A DNA stretch of 64,000 bases from NCBI GenBank assembly GCA_028534125.1, contig CM052817.1, forward strand, positions 38,504,001-38,568,000. The letters run 5' to 3'. Both the position numbers and the translations under genes were made by a program. The notes beneath the pieces were generated by a model, which worked only from the letters and a program-made list of their open reading frames with translations, had not been told where the DNA came from and made no database searches. The DNA comes from Lama glama. Lineage: Eukaryota. Shown piece after piece: positions 12,850 to 24,896 of the stretch (positions are counted from its first letter, which is position 1; each line of letters opens with the position of its first letter).

Positions 12850-13480
12850 ATAAAAGAGGCTTTAATCTGCAATCCCAGGATCCAGTCTCCCTGTGAAAGT
12901 CTGCCTTGGTCCTTCAAAGTCTTCAAATCCTGTACACTAGTCACCACCTCATTATATACATTCTATCGGCATCTTTTCCCCAAAATAGAACAATTTCATT
13001 TACACTGGATGAAGGATTCTCCTTCTTCTAAGAAATTACATTATCAGCAGTTGCAGCCTCTCCCTTCACTTTGATGTTGTGCAGATTCAAATTGGCCTGG
13101 AACCTATAGAACTAGCCGTAGCTTGCAGCAATAATCTCCTCAACCTCACTTTCACCATGCTTGGCTTTCAGTTCTTCCAACAAACTCCCAGACATCTTCT
13201 GAACGTACATTAAACCACTAAACATTCAACTCTGATGCAGACCCTCTAGCTTCACAACCAAAGATTTTCAATTATGTCAGTTTTCCTATTATCAATTACA
13301 TAGGCCCACCCAACACTTTCCACAAAAAAATAGATGATCATTTCTTGTTCTTTCTAATCGTTTCTGCTGTGAAATGATTCATCCTATATGCCATATTTAC
13401 ATGCAATATTTACCCTTTTTTTTTTAGCACTTTCAGCTTTCACCACTTAGCCCTCTTCTTATGAGCATGTAAGCCATATG
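12850..13480 (-). mobile_element. Tigger/pogo-family transposase remnant
   Basis: Minus strand: MNHFTAETIRKNK (HTH), AASYG*FYRFQANLNLHNIKVKGEAATAD (CENP-B-type HTH), VNEIVLFW (cf. DETGLFW), DCRLKPLL. Confidence 0.75.
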
Positions 13481-13780
13481 TGACAATTTGGCTCCCTCTG
13501 CATACCCTTCTTCATATGTGCACTGCCAACATGACTAACTTAAATGCAATTAAATGCCAGCTAAGAATAAGCACTTTAAATGAATAGACTACATATAAAA
13601 AGGGTTTACTGGGCTTACAGCAAAATGGAAAAGTGCATGCTCACCTTAAAGCACACAAACTGAATAAAAAATTAAAATAAAAGCACTTAGCTGGCAAAAA
13701 TGAAACACCGCCATCCAAGAGTCACCAATTTATAAGAGCATTATAGTAACCAACAACACAGAGCCAACACTAAAATGACT

Positions 13781-14530
13781 ATATACCACATCTTTATCCA
13801 GTCATCTGTTGATGGACATTTAGGCTGTTTCCATGTCTTGGCTATTGTAAATAGTGCTGCTATGAACATTGGGGTGCAGGTGTCTGTTTGAAGTAGGGTT
13901 CCTTCTGGATATATGCCCAGGAGCGGGATTACTGGGTCATATAGTAAGTCCATTCCTAGTCTTTTGAGGAATCTCCATATTGTTTTCCACAGTGGCTGCA
14001 CCAAACTGCATTCCCACCAACAGCCTAAATGTCCATCAACAGATGACTGGATAAAGAAGATTTGGTATATTTATACAATGGAATACTATACAGCCATAAA
14101 ATGACAACATAACGCCATTTGCAGCAACATGGATGTCCCAGAAAAAGAAAGAAAAATACCATATGAGATCGCTCATATGTGGAATCTAAAAAAAAAAAAA
14201 ACATAAATACAAAACAGAAACAGACTCATACACAGAATACACACTTGTGGTTGCCAAGGGGGAGGTAGGTGGGAAGGGACAGACTGGGAGTTCAAAATCT
14301 GTAGATACTGACAGGCATAAGTAGAACAGATAAACAAGATTATACTGTACAGTACAGGGAAATATATACAAGATCTTGTGTCAGCTCACAGAGAAAAAGA
14401 ATGTGACAAAGAATATATGTTGTTCATGTATAACTGAAAAATTGTGCTCTACACTGGAAATTGACACAACATTGTAAACTGACTATAACTCAATAAAAAA
14501 GTGTTAAAAAATAAATTAATTAAATAAAAT
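13781..14530 (+). mobile_element. LINE-1 3' end with 5' inversion (twin priming)
   Basis: 13781-14020 is antisense L1 and 14021-14530 is sense L1 with an A tail. Flanking near-repeat aaaatga(c/g)tata(t/g)accac at 13772 and 14531. Confidence 0.92.
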
Positions 14531-14767
14531 AAAATGAGTATAGACCACTATTAATACTATGTGTGTGTGGATGGTGAGAAGAACTAAAACAGTTTGCTCT
14601 GGAACATAGCTTTATTCTTCTCTATGAAAGTTCTAAACAGACTATAAACAAAGGATCATTGGAATAGCATTAATACCACAAGGAAAACAATTTTAAAAAA
14701 ATACTGCTGGTAACTGCAGGAAGGTGGTAAAAATTTCATAGACTCAGAGATATTTTTATATTCTTAG

Positions 14768-15714
14768 CCTAATTTTATTCTAAATTAGATAACATATTTA
14801 TCTAAACATGTATTTTTCATGGCCTTGGACTCCCATTTTAATTAGACAAGAAAGCAAATTTGGCTCATTTAAGGGCTGGGATTCCTTGGAGATTTACATT
14901 GTATACAACATGACATGGAAAATAAGGAATTTACATATTGTAGTTGCAAGCATCCACTAGGTTGAAATCTTTCAGTGTTCCAGTTACAACTACAAAATCT
15001 ACTTCTAAAGGGAAAAAAATCAAAACCGGTTAACACTTCATAGTAGGTAAGAGGTAATCCATGCTGTTTCACTAATAAAATGAAACCATTGACTTGATAC
15101 CAAAAAAAAAGCTTTCCAGAGTGTGGCTGAATGTAAATTTGCCATCTGCATTGCAGAGCTGGTGAGCAATAGGTTGAACACACTGAGAAAACCTTGTTCA
15201 AAAGGGTACATTAGGTGATCTTGTAAACGAGAAAGCAGTGCAGCAGAGGTGGACATCTGCACGAGGACTGGCCTGGGACCTGGAGTTTGGAAAGCTGATA
15301 ACTATGTAACCTGAGTTAAATTTTTACTGATGCATATTTTGTTTCAGTTGTTGTTTGTGTGTGAGTGATTGTTTTTTTCATTTCAATAATATGCAAGTTA
15401 TATAAGATTTTGTAAAATAACTAGTTACCACTCATGAATCCCAAATGATCAGTTAGGAGGAGGAGGGAGGAATGAAGAAAAGGGGAAAACTGACACAATG
15501 AAGAAAAAAGTAAGAGGCCCATTAAGTGACTTTCAAAAAGCTCTTTGCAAAAGCAGTTGAACAGTGTTGTACCTTGATTATTTGACGCTGAGAGCAGAGC
15601 TTTTCTCAAGACTCCCCTACTGTATACAACAAAATTATTTTCAGTAATAATCATGAAATGGAATGAGTAATAGCCAGAAAAGATAGGAAGACACTGAACT
15701 TTTCCTTCTATTAA
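14768..15714 (+). pseudogene. Decayed DUF3504 exon, unit 2
   Basis: Phase-1 acceptor tttttatattcttag|CC then A*FYSKL (cf. AYSTKL). Then ENKEF..S, SYNYKI..RE, KMKPLT, KGYIR (cf. KWGDIR), VNEKAVQ..W, RGPLSDFQKALCK (15513; cf. CPVQDY), DYLTLR, RKTLNFSFY* (15685-15714; cf. RKTNFSVYQ). Confidence 0.75.
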
Positions 15715-15959
15715 ATTCTGTGCATATATAAATTATGTCAGTTTTTAAGTGAATTTTAATAAAACCAAAATGTCCAAACCTACTAAATCATACTGATGCA
15801 ATGTTGTATTCCCTTGATTAGTTCTTCAGTTTTAAAGCAACTAACAAATACAAAAAGAATAAATTCCAATTATAAAGACATTATTTGAATTCAATAAATA
15901 TTTCACATAGAACTAAAATTTGCACTTATGAAACAAAAATACTACATTTCTGAGTCTAC

Positions 15960-16400
15960 ATTATTTCACTGTTAAAACACAAATGAAAACTCCAAATCAT
16001 CACAAAGACAAAATTGAAATAACTCAAGTTCCAGTTCGTCATCTTTTGCTGTGCCACTATTGTTTAAACGCAGGACAATAGGTTATCACAGAGTTGGAGA
16101 CAAGCTCTGCCCTAAGCAAGCTAGAAGGAGTCCAAACCTTTGCAAAGAAGCTCTGAAAGCAAGACATGTACCTGATTTCATATGTGTCAGGGGCCAAGTG
16201 TATAAATGGGAGTATTCCACGGAGACTATGATGCAGAATACAATGTTTATTAAAGAGTAAGTTTTAAAAAGAGCTGATGATTTGAAATACAGACCTCAGA
16301 CCAACAAAATGTATGTTTTAGGGAGGAGCATCTCATCTCTGATATCATTTTGGAGTTGCCAGTGCATGATGATAATTTTAAAAATCAACTTTCAGTTACT
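15960..16400 (+). pseudogene. Decayed DUF3504 exon, unit 3 (N-terminal half)
   Basis: One frame 16007-16155: DKIEITQVPVRHL..CHYCLNAGQ*VITELETSS....EGVQTFAK, versus recalled ETREIYVIPCKEL..ASFFVDARQKDGSEYEPNSL...CGLERYLK. Then FIKE*VLKRADDLKYRPQ. Confidence 0.7.
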
Positions 16401-17321
16401 TTTACTACTGTTTTTAACTTTTCTAAGACCATGCATCTCCTTATTTCCTATTTCTGATAGTTTCCACTCTTCCATCTCCACTCTTGCTCTGTCACTGCAG
16501 ATGAATAGATATACTGGTGGAGGTTTTCCTGTTGTTTGTTTTTGTTTCTTCTTGATAACAGAGAAAAATTAATACCTCAGTGAAGGTCAGATACCAATGG
16601 CTACACCTTGATCAGTTCATCCTAATCTAGCAAGTAGAGCTTCCTGGAAGCAAATATATTGACCAACCTAGATTTGAACAAATAACTGATATTAATATTA
16701 AATGTATTATTTTCATCTGTCTACATTGCCTTTTTCCAGAGTTTTACAATGAACACACTACTTTCATTGGTATTTGTTTAAGATAAAAATAAGATTATAA
16801 ACAAAAAACACCCAGAATCTGAACTCTTTATTCGATTCAGTCCACATTCTTAACTCTCTCCCTGTTTTCCTTTCAAATTTTGAGAAAATGTGGCCATGTT
16901 CTTTCCCATGTAAAGATAGGAAAGCTTCTCTCTGCCTCTACCTCCAGAATTCCTTAGAGTTCTAGGCATTTCCGAAAGCCACACTGCTGACTCTAGCCAG
17001 AAAGCCAAGATTCCTTCTTGTTATAATTTGTATCACAGCTTTTCTCCTATTAAAAATATACAAATATGTTAAAGTATGGTGAAAACAGAAATGTGAGTGC
17101 AAATACAAATTAGGTATAGGAAAATCTTATATAGGACTACTGTCACAAAGACCAAAAAAAAAAAAGAAAAGTTTAAGCTTAATGGCCTCTGAGAACATTC
17201 CTGAACTAATCAGGTAACTCCCTGGAGTGGATAATGAGTAGACCTGGTAGACAGATCGGGTACTGAGAAGAATGTTCAAAGATGTATTTATTTTTTTGCT
17301 TCAGGCACATATCCTTTACTA

Positions 17322-17500
17322 CAGTAGCTCTCAACCTTGGATACACATTGAAACCACCTGTGAACCTTTAAAAAAATACTGATGCCTAGGCTCCACCCTG
17401 AGAGATTATAATTTAATTGGATGGAGGTACAAACTAGACATAGGAAATGTAAACCATCCCCTCACCTGATTTTAATGTGCTGCCAACATTAGAACTTTTC
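17322..17500. mobile_element. MER5-type hAT-Charlie MITE
   Basis: cagtagctctcaaccttgg..cacattgaaaccacctg..tttaaaaaaatactgatgcct..tgattttaatgtgc. Confidence 0.8.
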
Positions 17501-17780
17501 CTCTAGAAAATTGCTTCTCTGTCCTCATCTGTTAAGTGGCAGCTATAAAATTTTAAGAGCAACTTAGATGCAGCAAGCTACTGCAATCTAGGAGACTTAG
17601 AGACTTATTCTGAAGCTGCGTCTGCATATCAAACTCACAGATTTCACTTGGGTTACATTATCTGGAGGTGAGTAAGGGTGTTATTTTGACTGGTGCAAAA
17701 CAAGCCCTGCCACCAACCCTGTGCATCACCCAAGCAGAGAAGAACTTTGTACCAGGGCGGGTGTGCTCTTGAATTGTGAC

Positions 17781-18230
17781 TGTGGGTGATCCTGGAGGTG
17801 CACTGCCCAGATCTCCCTTCAGAAGCTGCTCCTAGGATCACAGATGACTGGTAGCCTCCTGTCCACACCTTTGGATCCAACTTGGAGCTCAGAGATCCAG
17901 GCTTCCCTCGGGCTGCTCCACACCAATGATGGAGTGTGGCAGGAATACTAGAACTGGGTGGCCATTCCTACCAATGCAAGACTCCCCTCATGGGCTTCTT
18001 CTTCTCAGGGACTTCCTGAGGCACTGGCCTGAGGCTTTCTCAGAACTCTGTTCAGTTTGACATTTTCCTACCAAGACCTCTTTCCTTTTCTCTCCTTTCT
18101 CAGGTGTCAGACCTGCATCATGGCCTGAAGACTCTCCTACTCTCTTCTTTATCTTTCACAGGCATTTCTCCAATAAATCTCTTACGAATCTAATCTCATC
18201 TTTGTGTTCACACATGAGAGGACCCACACA
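17781..18230 (+). mobile_element. ERVL solo LTR (LTR16-like)
   Basis: ggtgcactgcccagatctcccttcag...caggtgtcagacctgcatcatggcctgaagactctcc...caataaatctctt. Confidence 0.75.
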
Positions 18231-18249
18231 GCTCTAACGCTACTTGATA

Positions 18250-18410
18250 CTGGAACAGCTAATGACCTTCCATGAGCTTTAGTTTCTTCATCTGTTAAAA
18301 TGGAAAGTAAAAACTGTAAGGGATATTGTGAAGATTGAATGAAATATATTATCAGTGAACAAGGTAACCAACTTCCTGGAACACAGAAGGAAGTTAATAG
18401 ATGTTAATAT
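18250..18410 (+). mobile_element. MIR fragment
   Basis: MIR core tgagctttagtttcttcatctgttaaaatgg...gattgaatga. Confidence 0.65.
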
Positions 18411-18555
18411 CTCTTTTCAGCTTTTATGAACAAGTACATTTCCCTCACATCATTGAATTTTTGGTCTATGACTTACGTTTTATGCACTGTGGCTGTGCAT
18501 AGGGTACAGCACATGATGAATGGAAAAGGGAGTATAGAAAAGCAAAGGAGTTTCT

Positions 18556-18712
18556 AAACAGAAAAAGATAAATACGTGAGGTGACAGATGTGTTAAGTAA
18601 CTAGATGGGAGGAACTCTTTTATAACATATATATATATCAAATCATCACAATGTACATTTTAAATATCTTACAATTTTATTTGTCAATTATACTTGAGTA
18701 ACATTTAAAAAA
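18556..18712 (+). mobile_element. Old LINE-1 3' terminus
   Basis: gtgaggtgacagatgtgttaa...atcaaatcatcacaatgtacattttaaatatcttacaattttatttgtcaatta plus A tail. Confidence 0.8.
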
Positions 18713-18759
18713 AAAGAGGAAGGGACTTCGAAAGAGGAATACAACAATAAAAATCAAAG

Positions 18760-19040
18760 TAGAGTAGACATGTATACCACACATGTGGTAGTATTCACGT
18801 GGCCTGAGACAGATGCACAAAACAAAAATAAAATCCTGCAGAAATGTCTTTTCTTATGTATATTTCATGTATTTATTAAATATCATGTATGGAAGTTTTT
18901 GACTGCCAAACTTTGTCTCAAATCAACACATGGAAAAAAACAAGGATGCATGACTGTTGTCAATATCTCTGAGCCTAAAGACAGACTCCTGTAGGTTTCT
19001 GCCTGGTTTCAAATGTGTATATCTGCACAGAATTGTTCAC
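18760..19040 (+). pseudogene. Decayed DUF3504 C-terminal remnant (possibly the rest of unit 3)
   Basis: VFDCQTLSQ (cf. WYNCQALGK), CMTVVNISEPK (cf. CEKGNIPGRK), SNVYICTEL (cf. SNQLVLICNNL). Confidence 0.45.
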
Positions 19041-19221
19041 AATTCATGCAAATTCAGACAAGCTTGCTTACACAGAAACTAGCCAGCAGACACTTTGCAG
19101 GGATCTTGCAATAAACTAATATTACTATCAAAAAAGTTGGGCGAGGGAAGAAGGGAGATAGAGAACTGTATTACTTGTTGCTCCAAAATACAAACAGAAG
19201 TGAAAAACTGAATTTAAAATC

Positions 19222-19798
19222 CAGCCAGTTTTGCTAGACTATGACACCTGCATTCCTTAAAATTAGCATACTATGCAAAATCGCACAATAAAAACCACAG
19301 GGCTTATGAGAAAATTGGGTCGGGGACACAATACTCAAAAATTTCATCATCACATTTTTTAAAAAGGTAGGAACCTAATAAAAATGGTGGCACTGTTTTA
19401 TTTATATGAAATAGTTACAAAATACATAAATACTACAATAAATATGGTACTTTACCTTGAAAAAGACATGAAGTTTGCAGATGAGTTGCAATTTGTGAGT
19501 CACTGTGAAATCATGGAAGGAGGGTTATCTGCAATGGGTCTGAAAGTTCTAGCACCAGATGTGGGTGGGCGTGGTGAATGGAGACACCTGGTAGAATCTG
19601 AGACATCTGCATGTGTTTTATGCGAGTTCTGATGCAGCTGGGTTCAGCTGACTTCAGTTTACTGTATTCACCTAGAGTTTCTCACAAAATTGTGCAGAAG
19701 CAAAGACAAAATTCATGTCATGCTCAAAGTTCCCTAATATATTAGTTGTGTTGGAACAATTTCACATTTTCAAAACAAGCATTATAGCAGAACTTACC
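19222..19798. mobile_element. Tigger-family non-autonomous element (Tigger13a-like)
   Basis: ctatgcaaaatcgcacaataaaaaccacagggcttatg...tttcaaaacaagcattatagcagaact follows the recalled consensus end to end. Confidence 0.8.
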
Positions 19799-20364
19799 AT
19801 ACTCTGTAAGATCCATATGGAAATTGTTTTCATTGAAAGGGGATATTTCATTAAGACATAAAAGAATATGTCATCAACTAACCATTTAAACAAAATGCAA
19901 GATGGCAAGTTGTTAATTAGTCCTCTGGATTAAATCTTTATGTACACTAAACTTATACAGAAGTAGGACATAGATTGGGGTCTTTGTAATACAGTTTTAC
20001 TATTTTTTTAAAGACACTTTACTGACCAAATAACTTTCTGACATTATTTAAAAAAAAAGAAAAGAAAACGAAAGAGGAATTAATTCCTTTTAGGTTCCAA
20101 AATATACATATCTCTTCTCCTTCATATCTAAAGTTGATGTGCTAACATTTTTCTATGGTCAAGTTTTCATATTTTTTGGCATCTCATGCCCTTTCAGCTT
20201 GAGTCTCACACAAATCTAGGCAAACACCAGCTCTGGCACTGATTATTAAGAGAACCAAACTGTCTTTTAGGCCCTCTTGGCCATTCATAAGTGAGTGACC
20301 ATGCCCATAGACTCTAAGGCTTAAAGAGATCATTTACTTTGTTTCTTTAAGAGAGAGTGGAGCT

Positions 20365-21205
20365 AAATCAAAACTACAATGAGGTATCACCTCACATCGA
20401 TCAGAATAGCCATCATCAAAAAAGTCCACAAACAATAAATGCTGGAGAGGGCGTGGAGACAAAGGAACCCCCCTATACTGATGGTGGGAATGCAAATTGG
20501 TGCAGCAACAATGGAGGACAGTATTGAGGTTCCTTTAAAAACTAAAAATACACTTACCATATGATCCAGCAATCCCACTCCTGGGCATACATCTGAATAA
20601 ACACTAATTCAAAAAGATACATGCACACCAATGTTCACAGCAGTACTATTTACAATAGCCAAGACATGGAAGCAACATAAGTGTCCACTGACAGATGAAT
20701 GGATAAAGATGGTGTGGTATAGATATAGATATAGTGGAATATTATTCAGCCATAAAAAGAGTAAAATAATACCATTTGCAGCAACATGAATGGATCAACA
20801 GATTATCATAAGTGAAGTAATATAGACAGAAAAAGACAAATATCATATGATAGTGCTTATATGTGAAATCTTAAAAAAATGATACAAATCAGCTTATTTA
20901 CAAAACAGAAAATAGACTCACAAACATAGAAAATAAACTTATGGTTACCAAAGGGGAGAGGGAGAGGAGAGACGGGATAAACTAGGAGCTTGGGATTAAC
21001 ATATACATACTACTATATATAAAATCCATAACCAACTAAGGCCTACTGCATAGCACAGGGAACCATATTAAATATCTTGCAACAACCTATAGTGAAAAAG
21101 AATTTGAAACAAAGAATAGATTCATATATATATATAACTACATCACTTTGCTCCATACCTGAAACTAACACAACACTGTAAATCAGCTATACTTCAATTA
21201 AAAAA
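20365..21205 (+). mobile_element. 5'-truncated LINE-1
   Basis: aaatcaaaactacaatgaggtatcacctcac (IKTTMRYHL) through the 3' UTR and A tail. Confidence 0.95.
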
Positions 21206-21529
21206 AGAGACAATGTTCATAGAAAGGACAAAGAGAGAGAGAAAGAAACTAGATTTTAAAGTTCCTACCAAAATTCTCATAAGAACTAAAGACTTCAAAC
21301 TGCAAACCATTTGCACAGAATGTTAACAGCTCAAATTTTACCTTCATATGGCATTTTACAAGCTTTGCCAAGTGGTTTCACAACTATTACCTCATTTAAC
21401 TTAATGTAATTACATCTCCCTGTATCAATGCGCACTGTGAATCATTTTCCGATTCATTCTGGTTTTTTTCCATTCGTGTCATTTGAAATCTTTCCAACCT
21501 ACTTTTGGAAAACGCACTTAACCAAGCAT

Positions 21530-21805
21530 TTCCAGAAATGTGTTATGTTGAGAGTCTGAAGAGATCAGTCACAGCTAACACATGTAAAGCACCTGGGAAA
21601 AACTGCAGCAGAATTGAAATTGATGATGCATGCGTTGAGCCATTCAGCAGTTGAGCTCCTCAATTACTTAGATCACACAAGTCTTTTCTGTTTATTTGTT
21701 TGGTTTGGGTTTTTTATTCTGGAGAATGGAACTGGTTTCAAGAACAAGCTATCAAAGGAGGCCACGGGGGACATCCAATCGATTTGTGTCAAGGGGGAAT
21801 AGAAC
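21530..21805 (+). pseudogene. Decayed Crypton YR C-terminal remnant, unit 4
   Basis: EMCY (cf. WY), VKHLGKTAAEL..LSHS, SSIT*, QEQAIK-EATG/H..S. Matches the YR box-II layout HSxRxT...I..TGHxS. Shares a 19-bp identity with unit 5. Confidence 0.55.
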
Positions 21806-22333
21806 TTCTCCACTTCTCTGCTTTCCATGAGGAGAAATGCCCTAAATGCCCTACATACCACTAGCTTCTTGTGCCCAAAGGTGGAGTGAGCTGCCTGACT
21901 GGCAAGTTTCAGAAAAGAACTGGACATGAGTAACCCAGCTCCTTCTGCTTTCCCAAAACTCCCTTGTGATCCAGCTAACTACAGGGTACAGGCATTCAGT
22001 TCAGCTATTCCAAATCCATGTTTTAGAGGGCAGATTCTCCCTCTGCCCAAGATCTGGGTGTTAGGATATGGTGCCTTGCACCAGGAATATTGAGAAATAA
22101 ACATGGAGTAGTATTTGGAGAGCCAAAATAATATCGATGAGGCATCAGGTGAAGTCAGGCTCTGTCTGTAGTTGTCTCTAGTGGTTTTCGGGGGCTTATA
22201 CTGCATCCTGCAACTGGCTCTCACAGTTGTGTGGTGTCCTTATAATCAGTAGCTTTAGCTCTTATACCTTAATTGGTCATTATGGAATTTTGCATTTGAT
22301 GGAGGACTGATGCTTATGGTAACTTGTCCACAG

Positions 22334-23450
22334 GTGTGTGGCTATTTTTATAGAGTGTGAGGCTGTTTTTATACAAGCAGGACTTCCCATGCCTTAAATA
22401 AAGTCATATGGGCCACAAAGATCTTCAGAAGCTGGCTGCTACAGCATGACCCTGAACTACCTATTGTGTATGGATGACAGGTGAAGCAATTGTTGTTGAC
22501 TGCACTGTTTCTCAGTCATGTATGTAGGCACTGTCTTTAGGTGCACACATCTAAGTTCTGAGTGCTTTCGAAGAAGACATGTGTGAGGTCCCAGCTTTAA
22601 ATTTTTTGTGCCAGGTAACATTTTCTTGAAGAAAACAGGGAGACACCTGTAAACCCTCCTAAGGTTACAAGCTTTAAGAAATATCAATGACACTGTGACT
22701 TCAGGAATCTGCTGAAGATGTTTCTCCAGCTGGAGGAAGGATGAAGAGGAACAAGAAACTTTCCCTTGGAGATTTTACTTCATTTCTAGCAATTTCATAG
22801 CCAGAGCAGTGGAATCAGCCACCATGGAATAAGAGAGAGTGGGGGACTTGTCACTAGACAGAATCCACACTAAATCACCATCAGAATGCCCCCCTAAAAA
22901 GTCCAGAAGTACGTCAAATAAGAATGTAGAAACCCTTGCAAAGTCCTAAGCTTGCCCGGCAAATCTCAAATGTTCCTTTCTTGGAAAATAGTGTTCCTAA
23001 ATGTATTTTCCCTCAAGATCCAGTAATTCCCTAGGGCCAAAGGTGATACATTTATAGGTGATTTCTCCCAGTTGAATTCAACTTCCCAAGTCATAGATTC
23101 TGAAAATCTGGCATAAAGTGTCATCCTAATCAGACTAAAATCAAGACTGCCCACCCTGTTCTCAGATCTCAATGAGTTTGTTCTAGAATCTTCAACATCC
23201 TTAAAAACTGAGTTTGGGGAACACAATTTTCCCCTGAAAGACTACTCTAGGGCCTAGGTATTAATTTTTTTCCTAAATTTGGTGAGAATGGAATCAGGGC
23301 TATAATAATCTTGCGAATCCCTTTCTAAAAAATTAGGTGCATCAGAAACTTGGCAATTACTTAATGCTATATCTGAGGTTGTGAAGGAACTACACAAGAA
23401 CAAGCTATCAAAGCTATCATTCCATGAGAAATAAACCAGGCTGCAGCTGC
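22334..23450 (+). pseudogene. Decayed DUF3504/Crypton YR exon, unit 5 (near full length)
   Basis: In order: TSRTSHALNKVIWATKIFRSWL, KF*VLSKK, LNFLCQ/HFLEENR..VN, LSLGD, IVFLN..LKIQ..FIGDF, KIWH..DCP, FGENGIRAII/SLSKKLG, CIRNLAIT, QEQAIKAII. Possible acceptor ccacag|G at 22333. Confidence 0.75.
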
Positions 23451-23640
23451 TGAAGGAAACTCGTCCTCCCCAGCCAGTAAGAAGTCTCTGTTGAGGCCAA
23501 TCAGAGTAAGAAATTGGCAAGGATGATTTTTTTCCCACCGATTTCTTTGAAATCACAAAGGTAAAATAATTTGATTCTGGACCCTAATTGATTTAAACTG
23601 TAACATTCAAAGGAGTTTAAATTTGTACTTTAATTTTACT

Positions 23641-24420
23641 GAAGAATTTAAGAGTAAGCAGAGACTTATATTTAAATTTAGGGTATCTAATTTTTTGGTA
23701 AGTCATTATTGGAATAGCTCCATGTGGTCATTTGATATCACTGCAAACAAATAAATTTGGACAGTGTAGGCAGATAATCATTTGGGTTGGGAACAGAAAG
23801 AAGGTTTTCTGCTGTAGTACCGACCGACACTTTTGGACACTTCTAGGGCAATAAGGTGTCTGTCTCACCAGTTTCCCAAGCAGAACCACAAAAAGTCAGA
23901 GAGCCGAGGTAGGACAACAGCCTCGTGAAGGGGGGGAGCAAGCTGTCTGATAGACTGCAGGTCTTCTCTAAGACAACAGCAGCAACCTTGCTTTTCATAG
24001 GCTTAGTGTAAAACAAACAAACAAACAAAATCCCTGGAAAATATTTGAGGGCTAGTGGAGTTGGGACATTCTTTCCTCAGGTTTCTGAAATGGGGCATTT
24101 CCAAGGTTTTCACCCCAGAGAGTCAGTGAGCTGACTGATAGGTCTGGGAGAGGCACTAGGTAGACACAGCTCAGCCCCTTTTCACCACGTCCCAGAGGGA
24201 GCCTGCTGCCCTGAGAGAGTATACGCGCTCCATCCTGCCTTTAAGTTGAACAAGGGCAGACTTCCACCCAGGATGTCCCAAGCTGCCTGCCTCTGGCTGA
24301 GCTTGGAGTTTGGTACTAAGATGCCATTATTGCTACTTCCTCAAGTCACAGTCCCCAATATCAGTTTTATCAATCATAAAGGATAAAGGTGATATTGTAA
24401 TTTCTTTGATCTTCATCTAT
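23641..24420 (+). pseudogene. Decayed DUF3504 exon, unit 6
   Basis: Single frame: NFLVSHY, EQKEG...YRPTLL, SLRQQQ, TNKQTKSL, LGHS..FLKWG, LREYTR, DKGDI. Recalled counterparts: FLISKY, RQKDG.EYEPNSL, ALKQKQ, GNKPHKSM, FGHC..TLKWG, YKEYAQ, EKGNI. Confidence 0.8.
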
Positions 24421-24896
24421 CTTACCCCATAGATATGGCTAAGATTGACATACAAATATAGGTATGTGTGTTACTAGCTTAAGCCAGGAAATCAAAACTT
24501 TCACTTACGTGTTACTTAAGTAAGGCTTGTATAAAGACATAGAAGGCAAAAGAAGAGGACTCCCTCACAAAGTTCAGTCCAATGGCTAATAAAGGGAAGC
24601 CTCAATTTGAGAGCCATAGTTTGAGAGCCATGGAGCAATACCAAAGGAAGCTACTGAGAACACTTGCTCCCCTTAAGTTTCTAAATGAGAAACTGAGCCA
24701 AAAAAAAGGAAAAAAAAATTTCCAGTACAGTATTTCAAAATTCACATCCACTCAGGTTTTAAGTCAGTAAAGGGGATTCCATGGAATTATTTGAGCATCT
24801 AAGCTTAAGAGGCCAAAAGTATAATGTGCTTTAAAAGCAGGAACTGGGTCATAGAAAAGTTATGTCAAAATTAAAGGAGAAGCACAGCTGTTGGAA

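Noticed and set aside
14935..15004. 70-nt minus-strand exon candidate
   Set aside because: Weak donor, no recognisable product, overlaps unit 2 antisense.
21330..21400. KFYLH..KWF as part of a DUF3504 unit
   Set aside because: The DNA looks like an antisense MIR end; a reminder that short motif matches can be spurious.
23120..23260. Endogenous bornavirus/filovirus nucleoprotein-like peptide (LPTLFSDLNEFV..LKTEFG)
   Set aside because: Similarity is short with no flanking support; the segment fits the CP..DY.EY part of DUF3504.
21739..23413. 19-bp direct repeat as the TSD of a 1.6-kb retrocopy
   Set aside because: No poly(A), and similarity extends outside the 19-mer, indicating paralogous segments.
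21614..23569. ZSWIM3/ZSWIM9-like MULE transposase fossil
   Set aside because: A few motifs resembled it (VKQLL, GCSC..LP), but the Crypton/DUF3504 reading explains more motifs in the correct order and recurs across the window.
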